From Azolla caroliniana (taxonomy: Eukaryota > Plantae > Polypodiophyta): a DNA stretch of 64,000 nucleotides. The position numbers were made by a program, and so were the translations under genes. Position 1 is the first letter of the stretch, and the number at the start of each line of letters is the position of its first letter. The DNA lies in NCBI GenBank assembly GCA_043228905.1, contig JBHGNT010000004.1, forward strand, positions 11,222,001 to 11,286,000, in the 5' to 3' direction. This document shows positions 37,054 to 47,571 of this stretch, piece after piece. The notes beneath the pieces were generated by a model. The model ran no database searches. It was not told the DNA's origin and worked only from the letters and a program-made list of their open reading frames with translations.

Positions 37054-40000
37054 GTCCAGCCAAAATAGGAGCCGTTTGGTTGGACAGCCCTAGATCTGTG
37101 CAGCCCATTAGTGGTTCCATTCCCTCTAAGCAAGTTAGTGATGTGTTCGTAGTCCAAGTAGCAGTTAGTACTAAAAGTACCCCTCCAGTACATACCTTAG
37201 CCCTTCTAGATTCCGGAGCTAATTCTTGCTTCATGGATAGGAATTTTGCCCGAGCTCATCAGATATCTCTCAGAAAGCTCCCATGTCCAGCCTCAGTAGT
37301 AGTCATTGATGGTCGTCCCATTGCTTCTGGTAATATCATAGAAGAGTCGGAACCCGTTAATATTGTCCTAGATAACTTAACATGTGTAGTATCATTTAAT
37401 ATTATTAGTATTCCAGAACATCCCATAGTTTTAGGATTACCATGGTTCGAGTTACATGACCCAGACATAGATTGGAGGACAAGGGAAATCCGGTTGCGAC
37501 AAACCCAAGGATCTACCCAGAAGGTTGCAACCATTTCGCTACGTCAGTTGCGTGAGGAAGGGCGCAAGGAGGAAATGTTTCTCTTTGCAATATCAGTACA
37601 ACCCTCCAGCACCACCAAAGAGGAGTCCACCGTTCAACTTCCCGAGAAGTATCGTCAGTATGCTGATGTGTTCGATAAAGTACAAGCCAACACACTTCCT
37701 CATCATCGGCCGTACGACTGCGCCATCGACTTACAACCGGGAAAAGAGCCGCCATGGGGGCCGATCTACAATTTGTCACCAACCGAGCTAGAAGTCCTTC
37801 GAGCCTATATAGAGGAGAATTTGGAGAACGGTTTCATTCGGCATTCGAAATCTCCAGCCGGCGCACCCATTTTCTTCGTCAAGAAAAAAGATGGCTCGCT
37901 TCGACTCGTTGTAGATTACCGTGGCTTGAATAAGGTCACAGTAAGAAATAGGTATGCTCTTCCCCTTATCTCAAGTCTTTTAGAACGGATCAACGGTGCC
38001 AGGTTCTTCACGAAGATCGACTTACGAGGAGCCTATAACCTCGTACGGATCCGACCAGGAGATGAATGGAAGACCGCGTTTCGCACCAGATATGGGCACT
38101 TCGAGTATACGGTCATGCCGTTCGGACTCACTAATGCGCCGGCAGTCTTCCAACACATGGCGAATGATATATTTCGAGATCTCTTGGATGATTTTTTGAT
38201 CATCTATTTGGATGATCTACTGGTTTATTCAAAGACCCAAGAAGAACATGATTCTCATGTACTATTAGTACTAAAACGACTTCGAGAACATGGTCTGTAT
38301 GCAAAGTTAGAGAAATGTAGTTTCGGGTGCAACCAAGTGGAGTTTCTCGGCTATGTCATCTCCTCAGAAGGCATATCTATGGACCCAGCCAAGGTCAAAA
38401 CGGTGATAGAATGGCACACTCCGCGTTCGGTGCGGGATGTGCAATGCTTCCTAGGCTTTGCAAATTTCTACCGGAAGTTCATACAAAATTACTCAAAAAT
38501 TGTGCTGCCTCTCACACAGCTCACCAGGAAGGGACAATCATTCATTTGGTCTAAAGAGACGGACATGGCTTTCGAGAGTCTTAAGAAGGCGTTTACATCA
38601 GCTCCAATTTTAGGTCATGTGGATCCGGAAAAACCATTCATTATCGAAGCTGATGCATCGGATTTCGCATTGGGGAGCATTCTGTCACAACAGGGTAACG
38701 ACGAGAAGCTACATCCTGTGGCTTTCCACTCCCGTAAGTTTGACGCCGCCGAAATCAACTACGAAATTCATGATAAAGAGCTATTAGCAATAGTTGATTC
38801 TTTTATGCAATGGAGGCATTTCCTGGAGGGATCTCCTCATCAGGTCACTGTATTCAGTGACCACAAGAACCTTGCCTACTTTCAAGATGCTCGTGTACTG
38901 AATCGACGTCAAGCTCGGTGGGCCCATTTCCTCACACGCTTCGACTTCAAAATTACATATCGTCCGGGGAAGCACCAAGGGAAGGCAGATGCATTATCAC
39001 GGCGTTTGTATCTAACACCACGTCCCGGTGAGCCAGCTTTCGATAACCAGAAGCAAGTAATCTTGGGTCCAGCACGACTGCAAGCAGCACAGATCTTTGA
39101 CATGCCCGTGGATTCCGACATTACCAATACTATACGTGAGGACTTGAAGACTGACGCTTTCGCCCAAGCTATACTAGCACAAATTGACCCCTCTCGAGCG
39201 TCATGTTCACAATCACAATCACCAGGTACGGATTATCGGCAATTCAAATACTGTGATGGATTACTCTTCTTTAAAGAACTTTTGTATGTTCCTAATGGTT
39301 CTTGCCGCCTTCGAGTAGTACAAAACTGCCATGACACATATACAGCAGGACATTTTGGTAGTACTAAAACATTAGATTTAGTACAACGATCATTCTGGTG
39401 GCCCCGTATGCGACAATTTGTCGAAGATTTTGTTCGGACTTGCGATACATGCTGCAGAGCGAAAATGCCAAGACATCATCCATATGGTTTATTAGAACCA
39501 TTACCAATTCCAAGCAAGCCATGGCAATCCATTGCTCTTGACTTCATTACAGATCTTCCAGTCTCTAAGGGATTCAGTGCGATTCTCACAGTGGTGGATC
39601 GATATACGAAGATGGCTCATTTCTTACCATGTACTAAAGAAATATCTAGTGAAGACACCGCCGAAATTGTCATGCGGGAAGTATGTCGGCATCATGGACT
39701 CCCTGATAATATCATCAGCGATCGTGGACCCCAGTTTGTGTCAAAATTCTGGAAGCACCTTTTTAAAATGCTGAAGGTCACTTGTAACCTCTCCTCCGGC
39801 TACCACCCACAAACCGACGGTCAAGCCGAACGAACAAATCAAACACTGGAGCAGTATCTGCGGTGCTTTCTCAACTATCATCAGAATGACTGGGCAGATA
39901 TTCTTCAGTTCGCCGAATTTGCCTATAATAACGCTATCCACGCATCGACTAAAGTCACGCCATTCTACGCTTATACGGGATATCATCCCCGGTGGTGTGT

Positions 40001-40637
40001 CCTTGAAACCCCAGAAGTGTCCACAAATCCTTGCGCGGAGGATCGTTTGGAGCGGTTACGCAAGATACAAGCGGATTTATCTACTCAACTCCAGCAAGCT
40101 CAACAATCACACAAGGACTACGCAGATCGTCATCGACTTCCATCCAGTTTTAACATTGGAGATCGGGTGTGGCTGCTACGACGACACATCAAGACTACTC
40201 GCCCATGTGAGAAGTTGGATTATCGACGATTAGGTCCTTTCCGTATTATCGGGAAGATTAATGATGTCGCTTTTCGTCTCGAGCTACCTCCGCAACTTCG
40301 GATACACCCGGTGTTTCATAGTTCTCTCCTCGAACCCTATCACGAGAACACTATCCCAGGACGTACTATACAACCTCCACCTCCTATCGAGCTCGAAGAT
40401 GGACCTGAGTATGAGGTCGCTGCCATCCTCGATTCCAAGATTGTTCGCAACAAGCTCTACTATCTAGTCGATTGGCTAGGATATAGTCCCAGCGAGCGTA
40501 CTTGGGAACCGATCGAGAATGTGACCAATGCTCGTGCTCTTCTAGAAGACTTCCATCGACGATATCCCGAGAAACCGGGTCCTCAATCCAAAACGACTCG
40601 TGAAACTCGTCGTTTTAAAGGGGGGATAGTGTCATAA
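37026..40637 (+). CDS. pol: Chromovirus Pol (PR-RT-RH-IN-chromodomain), in the -1 frame relative to gag
   Basis: Frame is open from 37026. Motifs LLDSGA, YLDDLL, EADASD, HHCC zinc finger, ISDRG, GPF, and chromodomain EYEVAAILD...YLVDWLGY...TWEP. The stop lies inside the 3' LTR. Confidence 0.95.
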   Translation, partial: PIRRRVKRLSPAKIGAVWLDSPRSVQPISGSIPSKQVSDVFVVQVAVSTKSTPPVHTLALLDSGANSCFMDRNFARAHQISLRKLPCPASVVVIDGRPIASGNIIEESEPVNIVLDNLTCVVSFNIISIPEHPIVLGLPWFELHDPDIDWRTREIRLRQTQGSTQKVATISLRQLREEGRKEEMFLFAISVQPSSTTKEESTVQLPEKYRQYADVFDKVQANTLPHHRPYDCAIDLQPGKEPPWGPIYNLSPTELEVLRAYIEENLENGFIRHSKSPAGAPIFFVKKKDGSLRLVVDYRGLNKVTVRNRYALPLISSLLERINGARFFTKIDLRGAYNLVRIRPGDEWKTAFRTRYGHFEYTVMPFGLTNAPAVFQHMANDIFRDLLDDFLIIYLDDLLVYSKTQEEHDSHVLLVLKRLREHGLYAKLEKCSFGCNQVEFLGYVISSEGISMDPAKVKTVIEWHTPRSVRDVQCFLGFANFYRKFIQNYSKIVLPLTQLTRKGQSFIWSKETDMAFESLKKAFTSAPILGHVDPEKPFIIEADASDFALGSILSQQGNDEKLHPVAFHSRKFDAAEINYEIHDKELLAIVDSFMQWRHFLEGSPHQVTVFSDHKNLAYFQDARVLNRRQARWAHFLTRFDFKITYRPGKHQGKADALSRRLYLTPRPGEPAFDNQKQVILGPARLQAAQIFDMPVDSDITNTIREDLKTDAFAQAILAQIDPSRASCSQSQSPGTDYRQFKYCDGLLFFKELLYVPNGSCRLRVVQNCHDTYTAGHFGSTKTLDLVQRSFWWPRMRQFVEDFVRTCDTCCRAKMPRHHPYGLLEPLPIPSKPWQSIALDFITDLPVSKGFSAILTVVDRYTKMAHFLPCTKEISSEDTAEIVMREVCRHHGLPDNIISDRGPQFVSKFWKHLFKMLKVTCNLSSGYHPQTDGQAERTNQTLEQYLRCFLNYHQNDWADILQFAEFAYNNAIHASTKVTPFYAYTGYHPRWCVLETPEVSTNPCAEDRLERLRKIQADLSTQLQQAQQSHKDYADRHRLPSSFNIGDRVWLLRRHIKTTRPCEKLDYRRLGPFRIIGKINDVAFRLELPPQLRIHPVFHSSLLEPYHENTIPGRTIQPPPPIELEDGPEYEVAAILDSKIVRNKLYYLVDWLGYSPSERTWEPIENVTNARALLEDFHRRYPEKPGPQSKTTRETRRFKGGIVS

Positions 40638-40919
40638 CTAGACTCGAACCCATAACCTTTTGTTACACGGGTCGAGACTTTACCATTAGGTTATGAGTTG
40701 TAATTTGAAGGATATTATTTTCATTTAGGTTTTATTAGGAAATTGATGTATATTCCAGATTTCTCTGGAACATTCTAGAAACTTCAGGAGTATTCCTGAA
40801 GACACTATAAAAGGAGGCGCAAGGCATTAGTTCGAACCAAATCGGTTCAACGCCAGTCTTAAGCCTTCTAACTACTGTTGTATATCTTCCGTCATATAAT
40901 ACATATATCTTTCGCATCA

Positions 40920-40957
<38 letters not shown>

Positions 40958-43900
40958 ACTCATTCCTTCTCTCAAAGTTCGACACCTCTCATAGTACTAA
41001 TCCTTCTCTGTCTTAGTACTATTCCCCAACAATAGTACTAATCCTTCTTTTAGTACTAATTCCTTCTCTGCCTTAATAGAGTTCCTGACACTCTCTCTCT
41101 CTTTGTACACTGTTATGCGCTCTAATCTTACGCCAACAAGAATGACAACAACATTCACTATCAACATACTCTAAGTTTGCCGTAAGTCATATTTATACTA
41201 ATATGACTTTTCGGCTATTTACAAATATAGCCCCGATGGACTCTTAGAAAACATATTTACGAATATGTCCCTTCATCCGGTGAGCACTCCTCACTGGGCC
41301 TGCATCATTCGGTGCTTGCCGGGTACTCCTCATCCGGTTCTCATCGGGTCTTCCGTTCTCGGGTACTCCTCATCCGGTTCTCACCGGGTCTTCCATTGCC
41401 GGGTCATCCCATCCGGAGGGACCTATTTCCTAACAAACTCCCCCTTCACTCCGGCATGGGATGTCTTAGTAGTCCGACCCGCTTCCGACATGCATCCAGC
41501 TTGTCAGGTGTCAGTACTTTGGTCAACATATCTGACCCGTTCTCGGCCGTGTGGATCTTCGTCAGCGCGAACTCCTGGTCATCTACTCTTTCCTAGATCC
41601 AGTGATACCTACGCTGGATATGCTTCGTCTGGGAATGGTAGGCTGCATTCTTAGCAAGGTGGAGGGCACTTTGACTGTCGCAATAGAGCCGGTATTCATC
41701 TTGCCGGATACCAAGCTCTCTGATGAAGTCCTTCATCCATAATATTTCCTTGCCGGCTTCCACAGCCGCCATGTACGCCGCCTCCGTGGTTGACAACGCA
41801 ACCGTCTTCTACAACCTTGACTGCCATGAAACAGCTCCCCCTGCATATGTCATTACATACCCGGATGTAGACCGGCTGGTATCCACATCAGCCGACATGT
41901 CCGAATCGGTAAAACCGTCAAGTTGAGGTTTACCGGAGCCGAATTGGAGACACATATTTGAAGTGCCCTTCAATGACCGGAGTATCCATTTGACCGCGTT
42001 CCAGTGCTCCTTGCCGGGATTGCTCATGAACCGGCTCACCACTCCGACTATGTATCCAATATCCGGTCAGGTACACACCATTGCGTACATTAAGCTCTCG
42101 ACAACAGAGGCATATGGAACTTTCATCATATCAACCTTCTTTGCTTTCGTCTTCGGGCTTTGCTTACTGGATAACCTGCAGTTTGCCGGAAGTGTCGATC
42201 CGACCGGTTTCGCTTCCAACATGTTGAACCGCTGAAGCACCTTTATCACGTACTTCTCCTGTGACAGCTACAATTGCTTCATTGACCAGTTCCGGATGAT
42301 ATGCATCCCCAACATCTGTCTTACCGGACCCAAGTCTTTCATTGAGAAGGTCCGGTTGAGGGCCTTCTTCAACATCCGTATTTTGGCTTGGTCCCGTCCG
42401 ACGATCAACATATCGTCCACATACAGAAGGAGCATCAGGAAGTCGCCTCCTTCGAACTTCTTCACAAACACACAATGATCGGCCTGCGTCTTGTGGTACC
42501 CTTGATCGGTCATGAAAGATTCAAACTTCCAGTACCATTGCCGGGGGGCCTACTTCAACCCGTAGAGGCTCTTCTTCAACCGGCAAACCAGGTGCTCCTT
42601 CCCTTTCTCCACGAATCCTTCCGGTTGCTGCATGTAGATCTCCTCTTCGAGGTTACCGTGAAGGAATGCCGTCTTCACGTCCAGCCGCTCTACCTCAAGG
42701 TCCATGCTTGCCGCTATACTCAGCACCGTCCGGATGGAGGTCACCTTTACTACCGGGGCAAATATCTCGTCGAAGTCCATGCCCTTCTTCTGCTGGAACC
42801 CCTTCACCACAATCCTGGCTTTGTATCTCAGGGGGTTGCCGGCATCTCCCGGTTTCAACTTGTACACCCACTTGTTTTGGAGTGCTCGCTTTCCTTTCGG
42901 CAACTCCACCAATTCGTACGTATGGTTTTTCATGTAGGGAATCCATCTCATCCTGCATGGCACTTAACCATTTGCGGCTGTGGGTGTCATCCTTCGCTTC
43001 TTCAAAGCTTTTCTGGCTCCCCCTCATCGGTTAGTAGCACATGCTCTGCATCCGGAAATCTCCGGGGGGCCCTTCTCTCTCTGAGAGGATATCTCTGTCT
43101 TTGGGCTTTGGTAACCGGCTCCTCCATTTTCTCTTCATCCGAATCCGATTCGGGGTCTTGGCCGGTTCCGGTTTCAGCTTCCTCTACTTCTTCTTCTGCC
43201 GGTTCGGTATCCTCACCGTAACCGGCTGGTTCCTCGAGTGCTAACCGGTCTCTTGCCGGTTGGGTCTGCTCATCGTAGAATCTATCCTTACCGGTCGACT
43301 CAGAGTTCATTATCTTCTTCTCCGACTCCCAGTCGGCAAGCATCTTGTCCTCCATGAAGATAATATCTCGACTCCGGAATACCTTCTTGTCGACCAGGTC
43401 CCACACTTGGTAGCCGAACTCATCGTCACCATAACCGAGGAATATGCATGGCCGGGTCTTCGGATCTAGTTTTCCTCTCCTGTCCTTAGCTACATGCACA
43501 TACGCAAGACACCCGAATACCTTCAGATGCCAGTAGGACACTTCCTTACCGGTCTAGACTCTCTGTGGCGTGTCTCCGTCCAAGGGTACCGAGGGTGATC
43601 TGTTTATCACATATGTCGTCATCGATAGTGCCTCAGCCCAGAACTTCTTGGGTAGTTTTGCATGCGCCAGCATACTTCGGACCCTCTCCATTACGGTTCA
43701 TCCTCTCGGCCAACCGGTTTAGTTCCGGTGTCTTCGACACGGTAAATTCGAGCCGGATTCCCTTCGAGCGACAATACTCCTCGAATTGCCCCCGGTATTC
43801 ACCTCCGTTGTCTGCTCGAACTGCCTTCAACTTCCAGCCGGTTTCTATTTCCACTCTCGCGTGGAGCTCTTTGAAGACGGATAACACCCAATCCTTCGTC

Positions 43901-45788
43901 TTCAACAGTGTGGCCCACAGCTTCTGGCTGTGATCATCTATGAACGTCATGAAGTACTGCGATCCGGCATGTGACTTCACGTCCACTTGACATACATTAA
44001 TATGCACCAACTCCAGAGGTGCATTACGTCTCATCGGTGGCCTCGATCGGAAGGAGGTCCGGTTTTGTTTACCGGCCAGACAATCAGTGCACTTCTCCAA
44101 GTGCATGTTCTTCACTGGAATGAGGTTGTCTTCTGCAAGCCTCTTCATCCCCTTCTCGCTCATGTGACACAACCTGTTGTGCCACAGCTCACCGGTAGTG
44201 TCGGATGCGACGTTCACGTCTTCCGGGCATAACTGGGCATTCATTAGGTACAATGTGTTTACCTTCTGGGCCCGAGCCACAATCAAGATCCCTTTGCTGA
44301 ACTTCATAACACCGTTCCGGATGCTACCCGTGTAGCCTTCATCATCTAGCCGACCGACTGATATCAGGTTCAGACGAACCTCCGGAACGTGTCGGACATC
44401 CTTCAGTAGCAGCTTGCATCCGGTTGGTGTTGTCAACCACACGTCTCCTATGCCGACAATTCGGCATGTACCTTTATTCCCCATCCGGACACAACCGTGA
44501 TCACCGGCTGAGTAGGATGAGAAGCATTTCCGGTCCGGGGTAAGGTGGAACGACGCTCAGGAGTCGACCACCTAGGTCATCTCGTCGCCGGCAAGGTTTA
44601 GCTCACACTCGGTGATGAGCATCAACTCTTCTTCACTTGCCGCGATTGTCGTCGTTCCCTTCCGGTCCGACCCCCTCCAGTCTTTACCGTTCCGGTCCGG
44701 TGTCCGCTTCGAATCGGTACCATCGGTTTCCTTGTCTTTTCGGAAATGCCGATTGTTCTTCTAGAAGTGTTCCGGCTTGCCGCAATAGAAGCAAGTAGGC
44801 CTCCCCCTTGACTTTGACCGTGTCCCCGACTTCTCCCAGTTCTGGGGACTACGGTTCCTTCGTCTTCCGCGTTCCGATTTGGTAAGGAGCGCTTTGGAGT
44901 CGGAGCTCGTATCCTTATCTTTCTGACGTGCCTCCTCATCTAGCAAGCTCGACTTTACTCTTGCTAGGGATAACCGTTTCCCTTCCGGGCCGGCGTTGCC
45001 CAAAGTGACAACCAACGTCTCCCAGCTATCCGGGAGGGAACCGAGCAGGAGTAGCGCTAGTACCTCGTCCGCGAGAGGTACTTCCAATGATGTTGCCTGG
45101 TGTATCAGCCCTTGGAAGGCATTCATGTGCTCCGTCATGCTGGAGCCATCTTGGTACCGGAGTCTTACTAGCTTTCGGAATACCGAAACCTGGTTAACAA
45201 CATTTTTGTTTTGAAACATAATGCCGATCTTCTCCCAGAGATCATGAGCGTTGCTCTCTTCATTGATGTTGTTGTATAGGCTCATGTCGATGAAGCACCG
45301 TATGTACGTCGTTGTCTTCATGTGCATCACCTCCCATATCATGGCGTCAATTTTGTCCGGTCTCTTGTCCCCGAACTGAACCGGCAACCAAAGATCTTTA
45401 ACCACGAGCATGTCCCTCATCTTCGACTTCCACACTGAATAGTTGGAGCCGGTGAGCTTGAACATGCCGCCCAACGATTTGTCCATTTTCTGTGTCGTTT
45501 CGCTCTGATACGACTTTGACAGGAACTACGCGCTCCCTATGCGCAACACTCGGCCACAACCAAGCTTAGAATCAAACACAGAAAATGGATAATGAACGCA
45601 CGACACAGTGAAGAGAAGAGTACATAGGATGTTAACGTGGAAAAGCCCAAACTAGGGAAAAACCACGGCAGCCCACAGACTGCAAACTATCACTATATCA
45701 GAATGTACAATAGTAGAGGACCGAGGCAATGACCTCGAGCTTGCTATCTTCGCTACAGGCGGCGGTTACAACAGAGGCAACAAACTCT

Positions 45789-45825
<37 letters not shown>

Positions 45826-46098
45826 CACTGTTACACGCTCTAATCTTACGCCAACAAGAATGACAACAACATTCACTATCAACATACTCTAAGTTTGCCG
45901 TAAGTCATATTTATATTAATATGACTTTTCGGCTATTTACAAATATAGCCCCGATGGATTCTCAGAAAACATATTTACGAATATGTCCCTTCATCTGGTG
46001 AGCACTCCTCACCGGGCCTGCATCATCTGGCGCCCACCGGGTACTCCTCATCCGGTTCTCACCGGGTCATCCCATCCGGAGGGACTTATTTCCTAACA

Positions 46099-47566
46099 GT
46101 ATGTTGGGTGCAGCTCGTCGCGGTGACGAACGACCGAGTGCATCTAGCAGCTTTCGCATGTTGAGACAAAGCCGCGCACGCCTTTATATATACCTGGCCA
46201 CCAATATTTCTCCTTTAGCTTCTCGAACGTGGCCCATGTACCCTGGTGCCCGGACCAAGGGCCTTCGTGGAACTCTGATATCAATCTCTCTTGATCCTCC
46301 ACCCCTGTTATTATCCAGAGTGGCGCGTCGTTCCGCTTCTTCGGATGCCTCCAGATTTTCCCGTTTCGTAGGAAGTACCTATACGCCATCTTCCGGAGTT
46401 GACTCGCTTCCTCCCTCGTCAATGAGGTGTTCGTCGTCATCATCTTTAGGAATCTCCCTATTAGAAGCCACTCCCCGTCGTAGTTGTCCTCGTCAAACTC
46501 GTTCAGGGACGGAGTGCTCCACCTTTTTACCTTCACCCTTGCCGATTTGAAGAAGTCCGCGCTGACTTCTTTGTCTTCCGATACCATGCCGTCCTCCTTC
46601 TCGATCCTTGCTCTTGAAAGCATATCAACCATGGCGTTGTCTTTTCCGGAGATGTGCCGTATTTCCGGGTTCAGGGACTTGATGTACGCAATCCATCTGA
46701 GCAAGGCCAGGTCAGCAGTTGCGCATCCGGAGACCATACTGAGAATCGGCAGGCAGTCCGTCTCTATAATTACTTCTGTCCCGATCAAGTAGTCCTTGTC
46801 GACCTTAACCGCCGAAACAATACCCCACAGTTCACGCTTGACCTGGGCGTATCCTCGTTGTTGCTCACTCAATACCTTTGCACCAAACCGGATAGGGAAA
46901 CGCGTGTTGTTCTCGTCCTCCTGATTTACGACCCATCTGATTCCGGTCGTGCTAGTCTCCACCGTGATGTGAACCAGAGAGTCCGGTGTGTACACTGCTT
47001 TCCGTAAAGTCAATGCCGTTGTCAGCATTTGTTTTAGCCTCAGGACTGCGTCTGTGTGTTCTTCAGCCCATTCGAACTGCCTTTCTTCAGCAAGCCGTAG
47101 AGTGGTTCGACGATGTGCGCGTAGTGAGGTATCCATATGTGGTAGAAGGCGCATGCTCCTAAGAAACGTCAGACTTCCGTGATGGATCCGCACTCCTCCT
47201 TCATTACCAAGATGGCCTCTACCTTTGCCGGGGATGGCTTCCGGCCGTATGGCCCACACAGGCGGCTAACCACTAAAATCTCTAGTTGTCCAAAAGCCGA
47301 CTTCTCCCCGGAGAAGCTGAGCTGAGCTGAGCGTCCTCAAGCCTCTATAGTATCTTCTCACAGTCGAAGATGTGGTTCATAACAAACCTTCGGCATCCGT
47401 CCACTCCGGTCGACTCATCTTGCGTGTCCTCCGGACACCCCTTCATAGGGATGTCGTCTAGCAACAACATGGTGATGTCCGAGATGCAGTCCCTCAGGAC
47501 TTTGTTGTTGATCCTTGGCCAGACTAGCCACAACACAAGGTGTCTTCTTCCGAAACACTTCTCCAA
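46099..47566 (-). mobile_element. Ty3/gypsy RT-RNase H-integrase N-terminus, continuing into 32502-35046
   Basis: ORF 46144-47259 carries RNase H and H..GH..C..C motifs; RT LLDD at 47345-47566. The integrase reads through the GTATG TSD into 35046. Confidence 0.85.
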
Positions 47567-47571
47567 AGGGG

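Larger units (their letters stand above)
35336..41090 (+). mobile_element. Intact, very young Ty3/gypsy chromovirus (Tcn1/Tf1-sushi-like)
   Basis: LTRs 35336-35794 and 40630-41090 (TGTCA..TGACA) differ by eye only by one CT unit. CTCTC flanks both ends; PPT AAAGGGGGGATAG at 40617-40629; gag and pol are uninterrupted. Confidence 0.96.
35047..46098 (-). mobile_element. Full-length decayed Tnt1/Tork-like Ty1/copia (5' LTR 45517-46098; 3' LTR 35047-35335 plus 41091-41435)
   Basis: TSD GTATG (35042-35046, 46099-46103); PPT AGTGAAGGGGGAGTT; degenerate iMet PBS; gag 44761-45486; pol fragments 41450-44570. Confidence 0.93.

Noticed and set aside
37080-37082. TTG start codon for pol given by the ORF track
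   Set aside because: The frame is open from 37026 and overlaps gag, so frameshifting explains expression better.
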